A DNA stretch of 64,000 bases from the NCBI GenBank assembly GCA_964016885.1, contig OZ024741.1:218674001-218738000 (forward strand). The letters are read 5' to 3'. The DNA comes from Eledone cirrhosa (Eukaryota). The notes beneath the pieces are model-generated. The model searched no databases and was not told the origin of the DNA. It saw nothing but the letters and a program-made list of their open reading frames with translations. The translations under genes and the position numbers were made by a program. Below, in pieces: positions 27,235 to 41,983 of the stretch (its first letter is position 1; each line of letters starts with the position of its first letter).

Positions 27235-27287
<53 letters not shown>

Positions 27288-27574
27288 CATCTCATGACAT
27301 CACATGACTACATTCCGCCATCAGAACAGAGGAATATTCAATGGTTCAATAGTTCAATAAACCAATAAGATCAATACATCAATACTGACATCATGCACGG
27401 GTCAAACAAATGAACATGAATAGTTTCAAATGGACATTCCTGTATGTATGTATGTGTGTGCATATATATATATATATATATATGTATATAAATATATATG
27501 TATATATATGTATATAAATATATATGTATATATATGTATATAAATATATATGTATATATATGTATATATATATA

Positions 27575-27677
<103 letters not shown>

Positions 27678-27703
27678 GCATATATATATATATACATATA
27701 TAT

Positions 27704-27847
<144 letters not shown>

Positions 27848-28409
27848 CATACATATAAAACTCACATATATGTATATATAAATAGATAACACATGTATAT
27901 GTATATATATATATTTATATATACATATACTCAGACACACACACACAAATATATATATATTTTACATGCGACAACATGATGTACATATTTTTTTCAATAT
28001 ATATATACAATAGCAAGAAGCGTCTTGGAATTAACTTTCATTTTTCTATGCCTGCCATTGAATTGTACAATATTTAAATAATCGCAACTTTCTATATTCA
28101 AATTTCTATATGCTATGTTAATATTTAAACTAAAGCAAGAGTTTTCAGGGACCCAGGTCACATTCCTCCCCTTTTTCAATCCCAGGTTTACTTAAATCCT
28201 TCCCCCATTTTAAAATTGTCTTCAAGTAATTTTTCACCCAAGCACCATATTAGCAAGACCAAGCTTTTCAAACCTCAATAATTGGCTAATCCAGTGGTTA
28301 TCAGAGACCCAGGTCACATACTCCACCTTGTTATCCCAGAATTCCTTCCCATTTTAAATAGTTTTCTAGTATTTTTTTATTGTTTTTTTTTGTGAAGTGA
28401 TCACCATTA

Positions 28410-28662
28410 TATTTGGGTATATTGGTATTACATGGGATATATACAATATACACTATAGAGGGGTATATTGGTATTACATGGGATATATACAATATACACT
28501 ATAGAGGGGTATATTGGTATTACATGGGATATATACAATATACACTATAGTGGGGTATATTGGTATTACATGGGATATATACAATATATACTATAGTGGG
28601 GTATATTGGTATTACATGGGATATATACAATATACACTATAGTGGGTATATTGGTATTACAT

Positions 28663-28706
<44 letters not shown>

Positions 28707-28990
28707 CTGTTGTTGTGTATATTAGTATTTCATTTGATATATACACACTATACACTATAGGTGGGTATATTGGTATTACATAGGATATATATATATACAA
28801 TATACACTATAGTTGGGTATATTAGTATTTCATTTGATATATATATACAAAATACACTATAGTGAAGTATATTAATATTTCATTTGATATACACAATATA
28901 CTATAGTTGGGTATATTAATATTTCATTTGATATATATATACAAAATACACTATAGTGGGGCATATTAATATTTCATTTGATATATATAC
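28410..28990. repeat. About 46-bp minisatellite
   Basis: ggtatattggtattacatgggatatatacaatatacactatagagg. Confidence 0.92.
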
Positions 28991-29560
28991 ACTTTTTCAT
29001 TCCCATATTTCTAATGAAAGACACTGACTCTGGTTTTCAAATAACATGGAAAATAATAAAAAATTTGGAGAGATTTAACTTCCTCATTATTAAGCTGGTT
29101 AACTTAACAATTCTTATATAAAATTATGATGAGAGGTTTTTAGATAAATATAAATACTTTAACCCTTTCGATACCATATTTAGAAGGGGTTTAGTAATAT
29201 AACTAACTTTCTAATTATCAAATTGGTGTTTGGAACATAACAAAGGTTCTTTCATAAAATTATGATAGAAACATTTGAGATGAACACAAACAATTTAAAC
29301 AGTTTTCTACCATAGAACCAAGGGCAATTTTTGGAAATTTGTCACTAATCTTTTCTGTGCAATAAAGAAGATATTTATCTAGTATGTGAAATGATGATGA
29401 TCTCCCTTGAGCCTCATAGCTCTTCATTGAAATCTGGAACATTAAATCTCCATATTTTACATCTTCACAACTCTAATATGCTCATGAATATATTTGCATT
29501 TGTTCCCTTGTAAACTGATTTGCTACTAATACGCTCAGCATTGAACACTTTGTCACTTAC

Positions 29561-29565
29561 AAAAC
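29561..29565 (-). CDS. Candidate 5-nt microexon GTTTT
   Basis: tgcgtgaaatttctttttag|GTTTT|gtaagt; consensus sites; needs a partner exon to keep frame. Confidence 0.35.
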
Positions 29566-29598
29566 CTAAAAAGAAATTTCACGCATTTAACTGAGTTT

Positions 29599-29632
<34 letters not shown>

Positions 29633-30204
29633 AGTAGATAAACATATATATAAATATGTATCATCATCATCATTTTACGTCCGCTTTTCCCTGCTTGCAA
29701 GGGTGGGACGGGAACTGATTCTGGCTTGATTTCTACAGCTGGATGCCCTTCCTAACACCAACCTCATTTACAGTGAGTGCTGGGTGCTTTTTTGCCATGG
29801 CACCTCCACGACCACTTTACAGTGGAATGATAGGGACCCCAGTCCCTATCATCTCATTTCTACAGCTGAGTAAACTGGAGCAATGTGAAATAAAGTGTTT
29901 TGCTCAAGGAAACAACACATCACCCAGTCTGAGAATTGACATAAATACATACATATATATGTATATGTATGTATATATATGTATATATATAAAATTAACT
30001 ATCAATAGTCTAGTTTATATAAATAAGTATATATATAATAAGTGTGTGTGTGTGTGCTTTTTTTTTCTTTTACATCTATGATAATAATAAAGCATGGAAT
30101 ATTTCATGCTAAGATGATAACGATCATAATGATGATAATGATGATGCTGGTAGACTTAACCATGCAATATACCCTTAAAAGAACATAGTCAGAAATAAAA
30201 AATA

Positions 30205-30254
<50 letters not shown>

Positions 30255-30549
30255 TGATAAATAAATATATAAATTAATTAACAAATAAATGATAATAATA
30301 ACAATAATAAATAATAAATAATAATAATTTTGATAAGAAAATAAATGTTGAACATTATTGACTTAATGGGAACCTCTTTCTTAATCCTTTAGATTAAGAT
30401 TAAAGTCTAAAGATTAAAGTCTAAAGATTAAAGATTATATATTCTTAAGTCGTGCTTTGAGATGTTTCTTGTTCAAACCTTTTGAAAGACCTCTTGTATT
30501 ACCAATCATTTTACTCCATTGATCAATACTATCACAATTGTCAACATTT

Positions 30550-31220
30550 ATAGCAATGTTGCCTGTTAATTGCCCAAACTATAGCAATGTTGCCTGTTAA
30601 TTGCCAAAACTATAGCAATGTTGCTTGCTAATTGCCTATAACCTTGACAATTACATACAGTATAGCAAAGTTGTATGTTAATTGCCTATAATCCCGACAA
30701 TTGCCAACATTATTGCAATATTACCTGTTAATTGCCCAAACTATAGTAATGTTGCCTGTTAATTGCCTATAACCCCGACAATTACATACAGTATAGCAAT
30801 GTTACCTGTTAATTGCCTATAATCCATACAATTGCCTACAGTATAGCAATGTTGCCTGTTAATTGCCTATAAACCTTACAATTTCCTATACTATAGCAAT
30901 ATTGACTGTTAATTGCCTGTAATTCATACAATTGCCTACATTATAACAATGTTGCCTGTTAATTGCCTATAACCCTGACAATTACATACAGTATAGCAAT
31001 GTTGCCTGTTAATTGCCTATAACCCTGACAATTACATACAGTATAGCAATGTTGCCTGTTATTTGCCTATAATCCATACAATTGCCTACAGTATAGCAAT
31101 GTTGCCTGTTAATTGCCTATAAACTTCACAATTGTCTACACTATAGCAATAGTGCCTGTTAATTGCCTAAAACACCACTAATTTCCAACACTATAGCAAT
31201 GTTGCCTGTTAATTGCCTGC
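30550..31220. repeat. About 50-bp minisatellite
   Basis: tatagcaatgttgcctgttaattgcctataaccctgacaattacatacag. Confidence 0.92.
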
Positions 31221-31577
31221 ATACACATTATAGCAATAACACAACAGAAGGAACAACAACAAGCATATCAAGGCCATTTCCCTGCTAAAGAAGGCGTTAG
31301 TCTTGTAGGGGCCATGTCAAGCTTCTACATTGAGTTGGGACATTATATATATATATATATATATATGTATATACATATATATATATGTATATACGTATAT
31401 ATATATATATATGTATATATATATGTATATATATGTATATATATGTGTATATATATATATATATATGTGTGTGAAGACGCATGTGCGGCTTAGTGGTTAG
31501 GGCATTGGGTTCATAAACATGAGGTTGTGAGTTCGATTCCCGAACTCGGCGGTGCTTTGGGTCCTTGAGCCAGACAC

Positions 31578-31626
<49 letters not shown>

Positions 31627-31943
31627 TCGTATATTACATTACATCTCCATAATGAGTCTCTGCAATGTTTTTATGTTTTTAATTACTCTAATGTAATTAG
31701 GTTACACTATATAGCTCTTTTCTTTCTTTTTTTCTTTGCAAGTCTGATTACTTTGTTTTATTGACTTGACATGGATGAAAGGCAAAGTTGATCTTGGTGG
31801 GATTTGAACTCAGAACGTAGAGGGCAGGAACTATATGCCACAAGACATTTTGTCCGGCGCTCTAACAATTCTGCCAATCCACCATAGTACTTGTAGTAGT
31901 AGTTATAGTAGTAGTAGATGATGTAGTAGTAGTAGTAGTAACT

Positions 31944-31979
<36 letters not shown>

Positions 31980-32187
31980 TCAATGGCAGCCGAGACTATA
32001 GTCTGTGCCAGCAAGCAGAGGCAACAACATGAGAAGAGGCGAGAGGGAGAGAGAATGAAGGGGACTGAGGTCGGTGGAAGGGATCTAAGAGATGGTGGTC
32101 ACCATTCAGGATATGTATGGCAGTATAGAAGCAGGCAGTCAGCATTCATAGCTATTACCATGCACTTTGTTGGCCAAGGGATCTTAC

Positions 32188-32214
32188 ATTGCTTTTTTTC
32201 TCTGAAGACTTTGT
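32188..32214 (-). CDS. Candidate 27-nt microexon TKSSEKKSN
   Basis: ttctctacttgttgtag|ACAAAGTCTTCAGAGAAAAAAAGCAAT|gtaaga; phase 0-0, no stop; TGCATG about 25 nt downstream. Confidence 0.5.
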
Positions 32215-32322
32215 CTACAACAAGTAGAGAAATCAGGGGAGAAGATCAGTTGGTAAATAACGATGGTTACACTCACATAATGATATTAATAATAATAATA
32301 ATGATAATAATAATAATAATAA

Positions 32323-32782
32323 TAATTGTTTCTACTTTTGGCACAAGGCCAGCAATTACCCAGTGCATTACTGGTACTTTATTTTATCGACCCCGTAAGG
32401 ATGAAAGGCAAAGTTAACCTCGGCAGGATTTGAACTCAGAATGGCAAGGGCCGTAACTCTATGCGTCAAAGCATGGCGTCCGACCCTCTACCGATACTGC
32501 CAGTCCACCGCCACATAATAATAATAATAATAATAATGATTACTTATCGCAAATCCCAGGAAACCCGCGTATAGGAGAAATACAAAAGATAGTACTAATG
32601 GGAACTGCCCATATACTAAGGAAGATTCTGTCAATGTAAGTACATCACAAGTCTAAACACTAAAGATGCATGTGTGAGTATGTATGTTCTTTCTTGAACA
32701 TGGCGAACCTTGTTGTCTCTTGAGGTCACTGGTTGTGACTTGGTGATAACTCGTATGAACATAAAGCAAGATAAATGCAACT

Positions 32783-32814
<32 letters not shown>

Positions 32815-32956
32815 TTTGGAACGCTTCAAAAGGCATGCTTGCTGGGAACAGCAAGAACCCTCCGATACGTCCTGAATATCTGAGGCTGCAGGTAGTGGCT
32901 TGATATTCATTTCAACAAACTTTCCAGTTAACTAACATCAATGACTGAGACTCAAA

Positions 32957-32988
<32 letters not shown>

Positions 32989-33204
32989 GTTTCTTATATA
33001 GGCACAAGGCCAGCAATTTTGGGGGGAGGGGAAAGTCGATAAAATCGACCCCAGTGCGTAACTGGTACTTTAATTTATTGACCCTGTAAGGGTGAAAGGC
33101 AAAGTTAACCTCCGTGGGATTTGAACTCATAACGTAAAGGGCCGAAACTCTATGCCGTAAGGCATGGTATCCGACGCTCTACCGATTCTGCTAATCCACC
33201 GCTC

Positions 33205-33247
<43 letters not shown>

Positions 33248-34490
33248 TAATGGTGATAATGATAATAATAATTTGCCTTGTGCACCATGTTGACACATGG
33301 CCTGATATGGGACAGTAGCAGAATTCAAAAGAATTTTCAAATAATAATAATAATAATAATTGTTATTATTTCTACATTTTGCACTAGGCCAGCAATTTTG
33401 GGGAGGGAGAGGAAAGTGATCTATACTGACACCAGTATTTTACTGGTACTTTATTTTATCATCCTCGGAAAGATGAGAAGGCAAAGTTGACCTCGGCAGG
33501 ATGTGAACTTAGAACTTAGTAGAAAGTCGCAACAAAATGCCACAAAGCATTTTGTCCAATGCTCTACTAATCCTGCTAATGATAATAATAAAAATAAAAG
33601 TAATAAAAGTAATAACAGTGGCTACGAATTTAGGCACAAGGCCAGAAATGTTGGTGAAGTAAGGGAAGAGTCGGTTATATCAAGCCCAATATTTGACTGG
33701 TACTTATTGTGTCTATCCCCGGAGAAGGATGAAAGGCAAAGTTGACCTCGGTGAGATTTAAACTCAGAATGCAGAGACCCAGAACAAAATGTCTGAAAGC
33801 ATTTTGTTCAAACGATTCTGCCATCTGTGACTGATAATAATACTACTAATAATAATAATAATAATAAAAATAATAATAATGTTAAGGATGATGACAATGA
33901 TGATGATGATGATGATGATGGTGATGGTATTAATGATAGTAATATTGGTTTCTAATTTTGGCACAAGCCCAGTAGTATGGTCAGAAGAGAAAGTCAAATA
34001 CATCAACCCCGGTGTTTGACTGCTACTTTATTTTATCAATCCTGGAAAGCAAAGTTGACCTCAGCAGAATTTGAAACTAGAACACAGAGGGCCAGTGGCA
34101 CAAGGCCAGTGGCCAGACAGGGAGGAAACTTAGTTATACTGACCGACAGTATTGACAGGTCTTTTATTTCATTGACCCTTGAAGGAGGAAAAGCAAAGTT
34201 GGCTTTGGTAGGATTTGAACTCAGAATATAAAAAGTCAGAACTAAAGACCACAAAGCAATATGTTCAATGCTCTACCAATTCTGCCAGTCCACTGGTCAC
34301 CAGAAATAATAATTATTTCTACTTTTGGCACAAGGCCAGTAATTACCCAGTACATTACTGGTACTTTATTTTATCGACCCCGTAAGGATGAAAGGCAAAG
34401 TTAACCTCGGCGGGATTTGAACTCAGATCATAAAGGGACGTAACTATGCTGGAAAGTGTGTCCGACCCTCTCCTGATACTACCAATCCAA
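32323..34490. mobile_element. Stack of about 7 minus-strand Meta-type SINEs and two plus-strand R4/Dong 3' ends (32545-32783, 32815-32958) separated by (AAT)n
   Basis: EIQKIVLMGTAHILRKILSM* and LQKACLLGTARTLRYVLNI*; repeated SINE cores. Confidence 0.85.
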
Positions 34491-36340
34491 TAATAATTGT
34501 GAGTTTTAAACTTTGGATTACACTAAATAAATAGGAAGAAGGGGAAAGTTATGACATTAAGGGAGAAGTTATGATATTAAAGGAAAAAATATAATGTTAG
34601 GGGAGCAGTTATGATATTAGGGAAGAAAGTTATGACAATAGGAGAGAAAGTTATAAAAGTAGGGGAGAAGTTATAATGGTAGGGGAGAAGTTATGACATT
34701 AGAGGAGAAGTTATGACATTACAGAAGTTATGACATTAGAGGAGAAGTTATGACAGGACATCAAGATTTCTTACTATTGTTATTATTAGTCTTATTTCTA
34801 TCATGTGGTCACTACATTACCAAGCACAGCTGTGGTGTTTTTGGTAGTGTTCTATCATTATAGTAGTGCTATTTTCTCTATGAATATATGTATATCTGTA
34901 CATCTTGTGGTTTTATTGCTATTATTAATAATATTATTATCATGAAATTCTATTTTTTTAAATGGTCAGAATTCCTCAGATTCTGGTGAAATTGTCATGG
35001 AAATATTACTGGATTATATATCATTTATTCTGAATTATGAAGTTGAAAAACAATTAAATGATAAATAGAAGATTATCTATTCTGAATTTAAGACAAACAG
35101 ATCCGATTGTCATATTTTTCATTTCCTGATTTAACTCTTAACATCCTGTACCACATGAAACAGCATTAGCAAGACGTTCTTTAAAAATACTAAACAGCAC
35201 TATGACTGCAACACATTAAATATTCAAGACTTTATTCTAATACTGCTAATTTTCTCAATGATCTGTCCTCTATTAAAGACACTAAAAACATTTCAATTAA
35301 TAAATTACATGAAACCACATTAGCAAGACATGACTGCATCACATTAAATATTAATTGCTTCTACTTTTGGCACAAGGCCAGCAATTATTCCAGTGCATTA
35401 CTGGTACTTTATTTTATCGACCCCGTAAGGATGAAAGGCAAAGTTAACCTCGGCGGGATTTGAACTCAGACTGTAAAGGGGCGCAACTCTATGCTACAAA
35501 GCATGGTGTCCGACCCTCTACCGATACTGCCAATCTACCGCCCATTCAATATTAATGTCTTTATTAGTACAAATTTTCCCAAAGATCTGCCCACTATAAA
35601 CATTTATTTATATAAACAAACTACATTAGCAAGACATTCCAAAAATGTATAAAACAGTACTATTGAATATTAAAGTTTTTACTCTATAACTACAAATTTT
35701 TCCAATGATCTGTTGGAAAAGATATTAAAGATACTATAATCATTTAAAGATACTATAATCATTTGTACTAATAAATCACATAAGCAAGACAGTCTTGGAA
35801 AGTACAAAACAGCACTATGACTGCATCACAGTACATATTAACTCTATTACTATAAATTTTCACAATGATCTGCCCTCTAGTAAAGATACTATAAACATTT
35901 CTATTAACAAACCACATTAGCAAAACTTTCTTGAAAAGTATAAAACAGCACTATGAGTATGTCATATACGTTCATATATATATATATATATATGTTATGT
36001 TTAGGTTGTGTCTTGAAATCAATTAGTTTTAACCCAATATACATATACACTATGTCACATTGAATATCAATGTCTTTACCCTATTACTACTAATTTTTGC
36101 AAGTAAAAATTGTGGTAAACATTTCAATTAAACTTATTTTTAGAAATTTTCTGTTAAATCATTACAGGATGTTAAGTGTTGAATAGAAAATATTTTTAGA
36201 AGAAACTAGAATACTGGTGATTGAAATATTTGATATGAAAATATTTGTAAAACATTTTAACTCTATTCTGGAGATATGACAAATGAAATTTATACTATTT
36301 CAGTTTATGAAATATTGAGTTGGAACAGGTTGCTATAATT

Positions 36341-36850
36341 CAGAGGATCTCAAAGGGGGCATTACCACACCCCAAGGGGTGTTGAGAAGGTCCAGGGAGT
36401 GCTGGGATCTAAGGGGCTGGTGGTGGGAGGCGGCAGAGATGATATAATATTATATTAAATATCAAATGATACATATTATATATATATATATAATAAAATA
36501 AAAAATATATATTTATACATCGGTAGAGGTTCGGATGCAATGCTTTAACGTATAGAGTTATGGCCCTTGCCATTCTGAGTTCAAATCTCGCCGAGGTTAA
36601 CTTTGCCTTCCATCCTTACGGAGTCGATAAAATAAAGTACCAGTAATGCACTGGGTATGGCTGGCCTTGTGCCAAACGTAGAAACAATTATTTATTATAT
36701 ATAAATTAACAATTTTATTTATTATATATTATTTACAATTTGCTTGTAGGCAGGTCTCTTTGGAAATAAGGGTTGGAGGGCACTAAGGGTATTATATGGC
36801 TGTGAGTGGGAGTGGGGATGCTGGTGGCCCCAAAATTTTGAGGACCTCTG
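36341..36850. mobile_element. hAT-type MITE with a nested + strand SINE (about 36520-36690)
   Basis: TIRs cagaggatctcaaa / tttgaggacctctg; perfect 8-bp TSD CTATAATT. Confidence 0.88.
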
Positions 36851-36859
36851 CTATAATTT

Positions 36860-37374
36860 TTAACCGTTTCATGACCACATTCTAATGAACTACACTCTAT
36901 TTCAATTAATAAATGAAGAATTCTGAGGAATTTACAAAAATGATTAATTATTTCATTACTAAAATATTTGTTTCTACTTTTGGCACAAGGCCAGCAATTA
37001 TCCCAGTGTATTACTGGTACTTTATTTTATCTAAAATAATTGTTTCTACTTTTTGGCACAAGGCCAGCAATCACCCAGTGCATTACTGGTACTTTATTTT
37101 ATCGACCCCGTAAGGATGAAAGGCAGAGTTAACCTCGGCGGGATTCGAACTCAGAATGGCAAGGGCCGTAACTCTGTGCGTCAAAGCATAGCGTCCAACC
37201 CTCTACCGATACTGCCAATCCACCACACATTTTATCTAAAATAATGACTTAATGTAAGGTTTTATATAAAATTATGTTGGAAGATTTAAATTTAAATTGT
37301 AAACCCTTTAAAATGGATGGTTTTATTTAATAGAACCAGAACTGTTTTAGCCAGGTTTATAACTAAAGGGTTAA
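36860..37374. mobile_element. piggyBac-type non-autonomous element with nested SINEs
   Basis: ttaaccgtttc ... aaagggttaa ends; related to 28995-29200 and 50280-50490. Confidence 0.5.
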
Positions 37375-37802
37375 TGTAGACACAATAGCACAAAATATTG
37401 TGAATTGGCCTCAAATTTGTAGATAAAAGATATGACTGATTGAATCAACATAGTGTATTACTGGTACTTATTATTTCACCCGCCTACCAACTCAAAGACA
37501 AAGGAAAGACCATGGTAGTCTTCATAGGATTCGATAGCAGAGTGTAAGAGCAGATAACTAAAAGCTGTGCATGTGTACTATTTAATCTGGAGACAACCAT
37601 ACCACCTACCACAGTCATGTATTCAATTATAATGGTTTCTACTCTGGCACAAGGCCAGTAATTTGAAGGGAAGGGGAAAGTCAATTATATTGACTCCAGT
37701 GCTTCACTGGTGCTTTATTATAGAGTCCTTGGCCTCTGTGAGATTTGAAGTCAAAACATAAATTATTTATTAGTATAAAACAAATCAATATATGTATATA
37801 TA

Positions 37803-38260
37803 TCTATATATCCAAAGCAGAGAATGTCTGTCTGTCTGACTCCCTAAAACTCGAGAACCACCCAACCGATTGTCTTCAAACTTTACACATGTAATACTTA
37901 TGGTCATGTGAGTGTTTTGAGCAAAAAATATTTCAAATTTTCAATGCTCTCGGGACTGCATTAGGCGATTTAGCGATCTCTCTCTCTATAATCCTTAGTC
38001 TTTCTTTTTAGATAGATACATAGATATAACGTTGCGCCCTTATAATATCTGTTTGTATGTCTGGCTGTCTGCATTATGACATCATGACGCTGTGTGTGTG
38101 TGTATATATATATGTATATATATAGTGTGTATATATATATATATAGTGTGTAACGTTTTTCAAAATATTTACTTCTGTGTTCACAGATTGATTTTTTTAG
38201 TTTCAGAAGATCCCGTTAAGGGTGAAAGCAGCGATTCTTTGCTTAAACTTTAATCTGTTA

Positions 38261-38298
<38 letters not shown>

Positions 38299-38444
38299 TA
38301 TATTCGTGTACAGATATTTTTGCATACACAATAACAAAATATAAACAAACGTATTTATTTCACGAGGCTCGATAAGGATAAATATATATCAAATATATAA
38401 GAACAATAGACCAGATCCCGAGCAACGCCGGGCCATTCTGTTAG
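37803..38444 (+). mobile_element. Non-autonomous Helitron
   Basis: TCTATATA start, cccgagcaacgccggg hairpin, TTAG end; internal segments shared with 4580-5180. Confidence 0.82.
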
Positions 38445-38445
38445 T

Positions 38446-39088
38446 ATATTATAAAGAACGAGGAATCAGTATTGCATCAAACCACAATTTATTAACATAT
38501 TACATATGCTTCTCTGTCGATCAGCTCCAGGCAGGATCTGTTACAAATCGAACCTGATTGCAGAGGCGGGTTCGATTTGTAACAGATCCTGCCTTGAGCT
38601 GATCGATGGAGAAACATCTTTATATATATAAAAGCGAGAATGTGTGTGTGTCTGTGTACAACTTTGCATGCATAAGGCTTTCACAATTACCAACTGAATT
38701 TGACAAAATATTCTGTGCAAGTTGCACAGGTCGCTAAGATTGTCACATCACAAACATTTTTCAAATCAACCCACGTTGAGCAATAAAAAATCGATATCAA
38801 AATTATCGGTAGAAAAATTGATGTAAGGGAGATAACAAACTTTATTGACAATCCTTATAAAAAAGGGAGATAACCTTTTCACCAAATATATTCGTTTGCA
38901 TTAATTATTGAAGACTTCTGCTTATTTTGACAGGTTGGGGACAAATAATGTTCTTCTTTTACTTCCTAGCTGTATATTCTTAGCATAATTTCAAACCCCG
39001 AGCAACGCCGGGTAAATCTGCTAGTATGTAATATGTTAATAAATTGTAGTTTGATGCAATACTGATTCCTCGTTCTTTATAATATTAT
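38446..39088. repeat. Palindrome whose right arm is interrupted by a Helitron
   Basis: ataaagaacgaggaatcagtattgcatcaaac / gtttgatgcaatactgattcctcgttctttat. Confidence 0.9.
38617..39024 (+). mobile_element. Non-autonomous Helitron
   Basis: A|TC...cccgagcaacgccggg...CTAG|T, no TSD; the left palindrome arm shows the empty site. Confidence 0.92.
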
Positions 39089-39547
39089 ACTCTGCTCTGC
39101 GTGAGTATCAAGTGCTCAACTGGCATACCACCTATGGACGCATTTACCTGCAACCTTACAACAACTATATATAAGACCTGATTGGTTTTTTCGTTGCTTT
39201 GGTTTCATGTGGCTGGGTTCACCTGTCGCAGTTTTCAATTTGTCAAACTATCTAACGTATGTTATTACTCTAAGGTGACACAACCTTATTGAGTGCGTTG
39301 CTGCACATGCCTAATTGTATATCGTTAGCTTGGCCACAGCCAAAACTTTGATTTTACTAAACTTCCATTTGTATATATATATATACTATATATATATATA
39401 TATATATACTACATTTGTATATATATATATATATACTATATATATATATACTATATATATATATATATATATACTACCAAACCGGCTTCTTAAATAACGG
39501 TTGCTCAATATTTATGGTACAATATTTATAAAACTGTTTATATATTG

Positions 39548-39613
39548 TATTTTATCTGAAGAAGGCATGCCATATTTTTAATATGGTATCCCCGAAATAT
39601 GTATAATGAAATA
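39548..39613 (+). ncRNA. Type I minimal hammerhead ribozyme motif (Penelope-type)
   Basis: TATTTTAT-CTGAAGA-helix II-GAAA-TATGTA-TA-ATGAAATA; mismatch at the base of helix II. Confidence 0.65.
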
Positions 39614-39677
39614 AATATGGTTTTATAAATATAGTTTCCATTTGTTTAATATCGTATATATATATATATATACAGAT

Positions 39678-39708
<31 letters not shown>

Positions 39709-40671
39709 CAGAGAGAGAGAGACATACACACAGACATATATATGTGTATGTATACATTTATAATGATTAAAGAGGGCTATAGGTGGCAAATTAGCAGAAT
39801 TGTTAGAACATCAGATAGATGCTTTGCAGTATTTGTTCTGGTTCTCTGCTTTCTGAGTTCGAATCCTGCTACGGTCAACTTTGTCTATTAGTTGTATTAA
39901 AGATATGACAACATCTAGTGCTGGTGCCATGACAAAATGTCCTCAGTAGTGTGTGGGAATGTGAGATGAAGGTCCCTGGTCCTTCTGAGAAATCAGTAGC
40001 TTTGTTTGAGTAATGACTTGGTCTGTGAAAGCCCATCCAACCCATGCTAGTAGGGAAGACATGTTAAATGATGATGATGATGGTGATGATGATGCTGATG
40101 ATGTTTCTGATGATAATGATGATTAAAAATAATAAAAAAACAATAAAAAATAATAATAATAATAATAATAACAATAATAATAATAATAATAATGATAATA
40201 ATAATAATGAATTAAAAAAATAAAAACATGCAATGTTTTTTTTTAACCAGTACAAAAAAAAAATGTTATTTCCAAAAGAATCGGCAAAAAAAAAAAACAA
40301 GAAAAAAGTTAATGAAAATGTAATTAATGGGAAAGAGACTTATTTAATATATTATGAATTAATGAAACTTGTTAACGGTGTTGAAAATTAAAACTGAAAG
40401 AATTTGGAAGAAAAAAAAAAGTGATGATATCAGAAAGAAAGAAAGAAGGAAAGAAATAAAGCTTTTTATGACATATTTAAGAATAATTGAAGAATGACAT
40501 AATTTTTTTTTAAATGTTGGCCCACAACCCTCAAAACTTTCCCTTATCAGCCACCCCCCCCCCCCCCCCCCCGCATTCTTTCCCCCATTCCCCACCACCT
40601 CCCTACTACAACCACCATCATCACCATAAACCCTTTCTTTCGAAGTATAAAGCCAACCATATATCACTTAC

Positions 40672-40749
40672 CGAACCAAATCGGTGCAGCACCAGGTAAC
40701 TCTCGGCAGTAGGATTCATTCCCATGTGTTGCAGTTTCCAGTTCATAGC
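40672..40749 (-). CDS. NDRG-like exon: AMNWKLQHMGMNPTAESYLVLHRFGS
   Basis: ctgacag/gtaagt, 78 nt, phase 0-0. Confidence 0.93.
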
Positions 40750-41983
40750 CTGTCAGAAAGAAAGAGAAATATATATATATAATAATTGTTTTAACTTTTG
40801 GCACAAGGCCAGCAATTACCTCAGTGTATTACTGGTATTTTATTTTATCGACCCCGTAAGGATGAAAGGCAAAGTTGACCTCGATGGGATTTGAACTCAG
40901 ACTGTAAAGGGACGTAGCTATGCTGGAAAGCATGACATCCGACCCTCCACTGATACTGCCAATTCACTGCCCTTCATCATCATCATTTCATTTTACGTCC
41001 GCTTTTCCCTGCTTGCAAGGGTGGGACGGGAACTGATGCAGGCTTGATTCCTACAGCTGGATGCCCTTCCTAACACCAACCTCATTTACAGTGAGTGCTG
41101 GGTGCTTTTTTGCCGTGGCACCTCCACGACCACTTTGCAGTGGAATGATAGGGACCCCAGTCCCTATCATCTCATTTCTACAGCTGAGTAAAATAATATA
41201 TAATATATAATATATATAATATATATATAATAATAATTGTTTCTACTTTTGGCACAAGGCCAGCAATTACCCAGTGTATTACTGGTACTTTATTTTATCG
41301 ACCCCATAAGGATGAAAGGCAAAGTTAACCTCGGCGGGATTTGAACTCAGATTGTAAGGGACCATAACTCTATGCTGCAAAGCATGGCGTCCGACTCTCT
41401 ACCGATACTGCCAATCCACCACCCTTATATATATAATAATAATAATAATAATGATTTCTGATTAAGGCACAAGGCCAACAAGTTTGGGATGGAAAGTTGA
41501 TTAAATCAACCCCAGTGCGTTACTGGTACTTTATTTTATCAACCCCACAAGGATGAAAGGGAAAGCTAACCTCGGTAGTATTTGATCTCAGAACGTAAAG
41601 ATCTGTAACTATGCCATAAAGCAGAGCATCCAACCCTCTACCGATACTGCCAATCCACTGCCCTAATAATATAAGTATAGTCCTACCCATGCTAGCGTGG
41701 AAGATGGACGTTAAATGATGATGATAGTACCGGGAAAAATAGGGATAACAAGCAAGAAGAATTCTTCCTACCTAATCATTCCTGGTACTAATCTTATTAT
41801 TATAAATACTCAGAATAGTAGAAACAATTGTTAGAAATACTCCATGATCTTCTCCTTAGAAACTGTGCCATAACCTCTGTAACTGGATTATTACTGTAAT
41901 ATTTTGTAAGCAATCTTCCATATTTATTTTGTTTCCACACCTGATTCACACAAACAAAATTTAATTTGACTTATTTTCGTATA

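Noticed and set aside
31485-31570. tRNA-like A/B boxes (also at 49495-49547)
   Set aside because: Truncated SINE heads without a full cloverleaf
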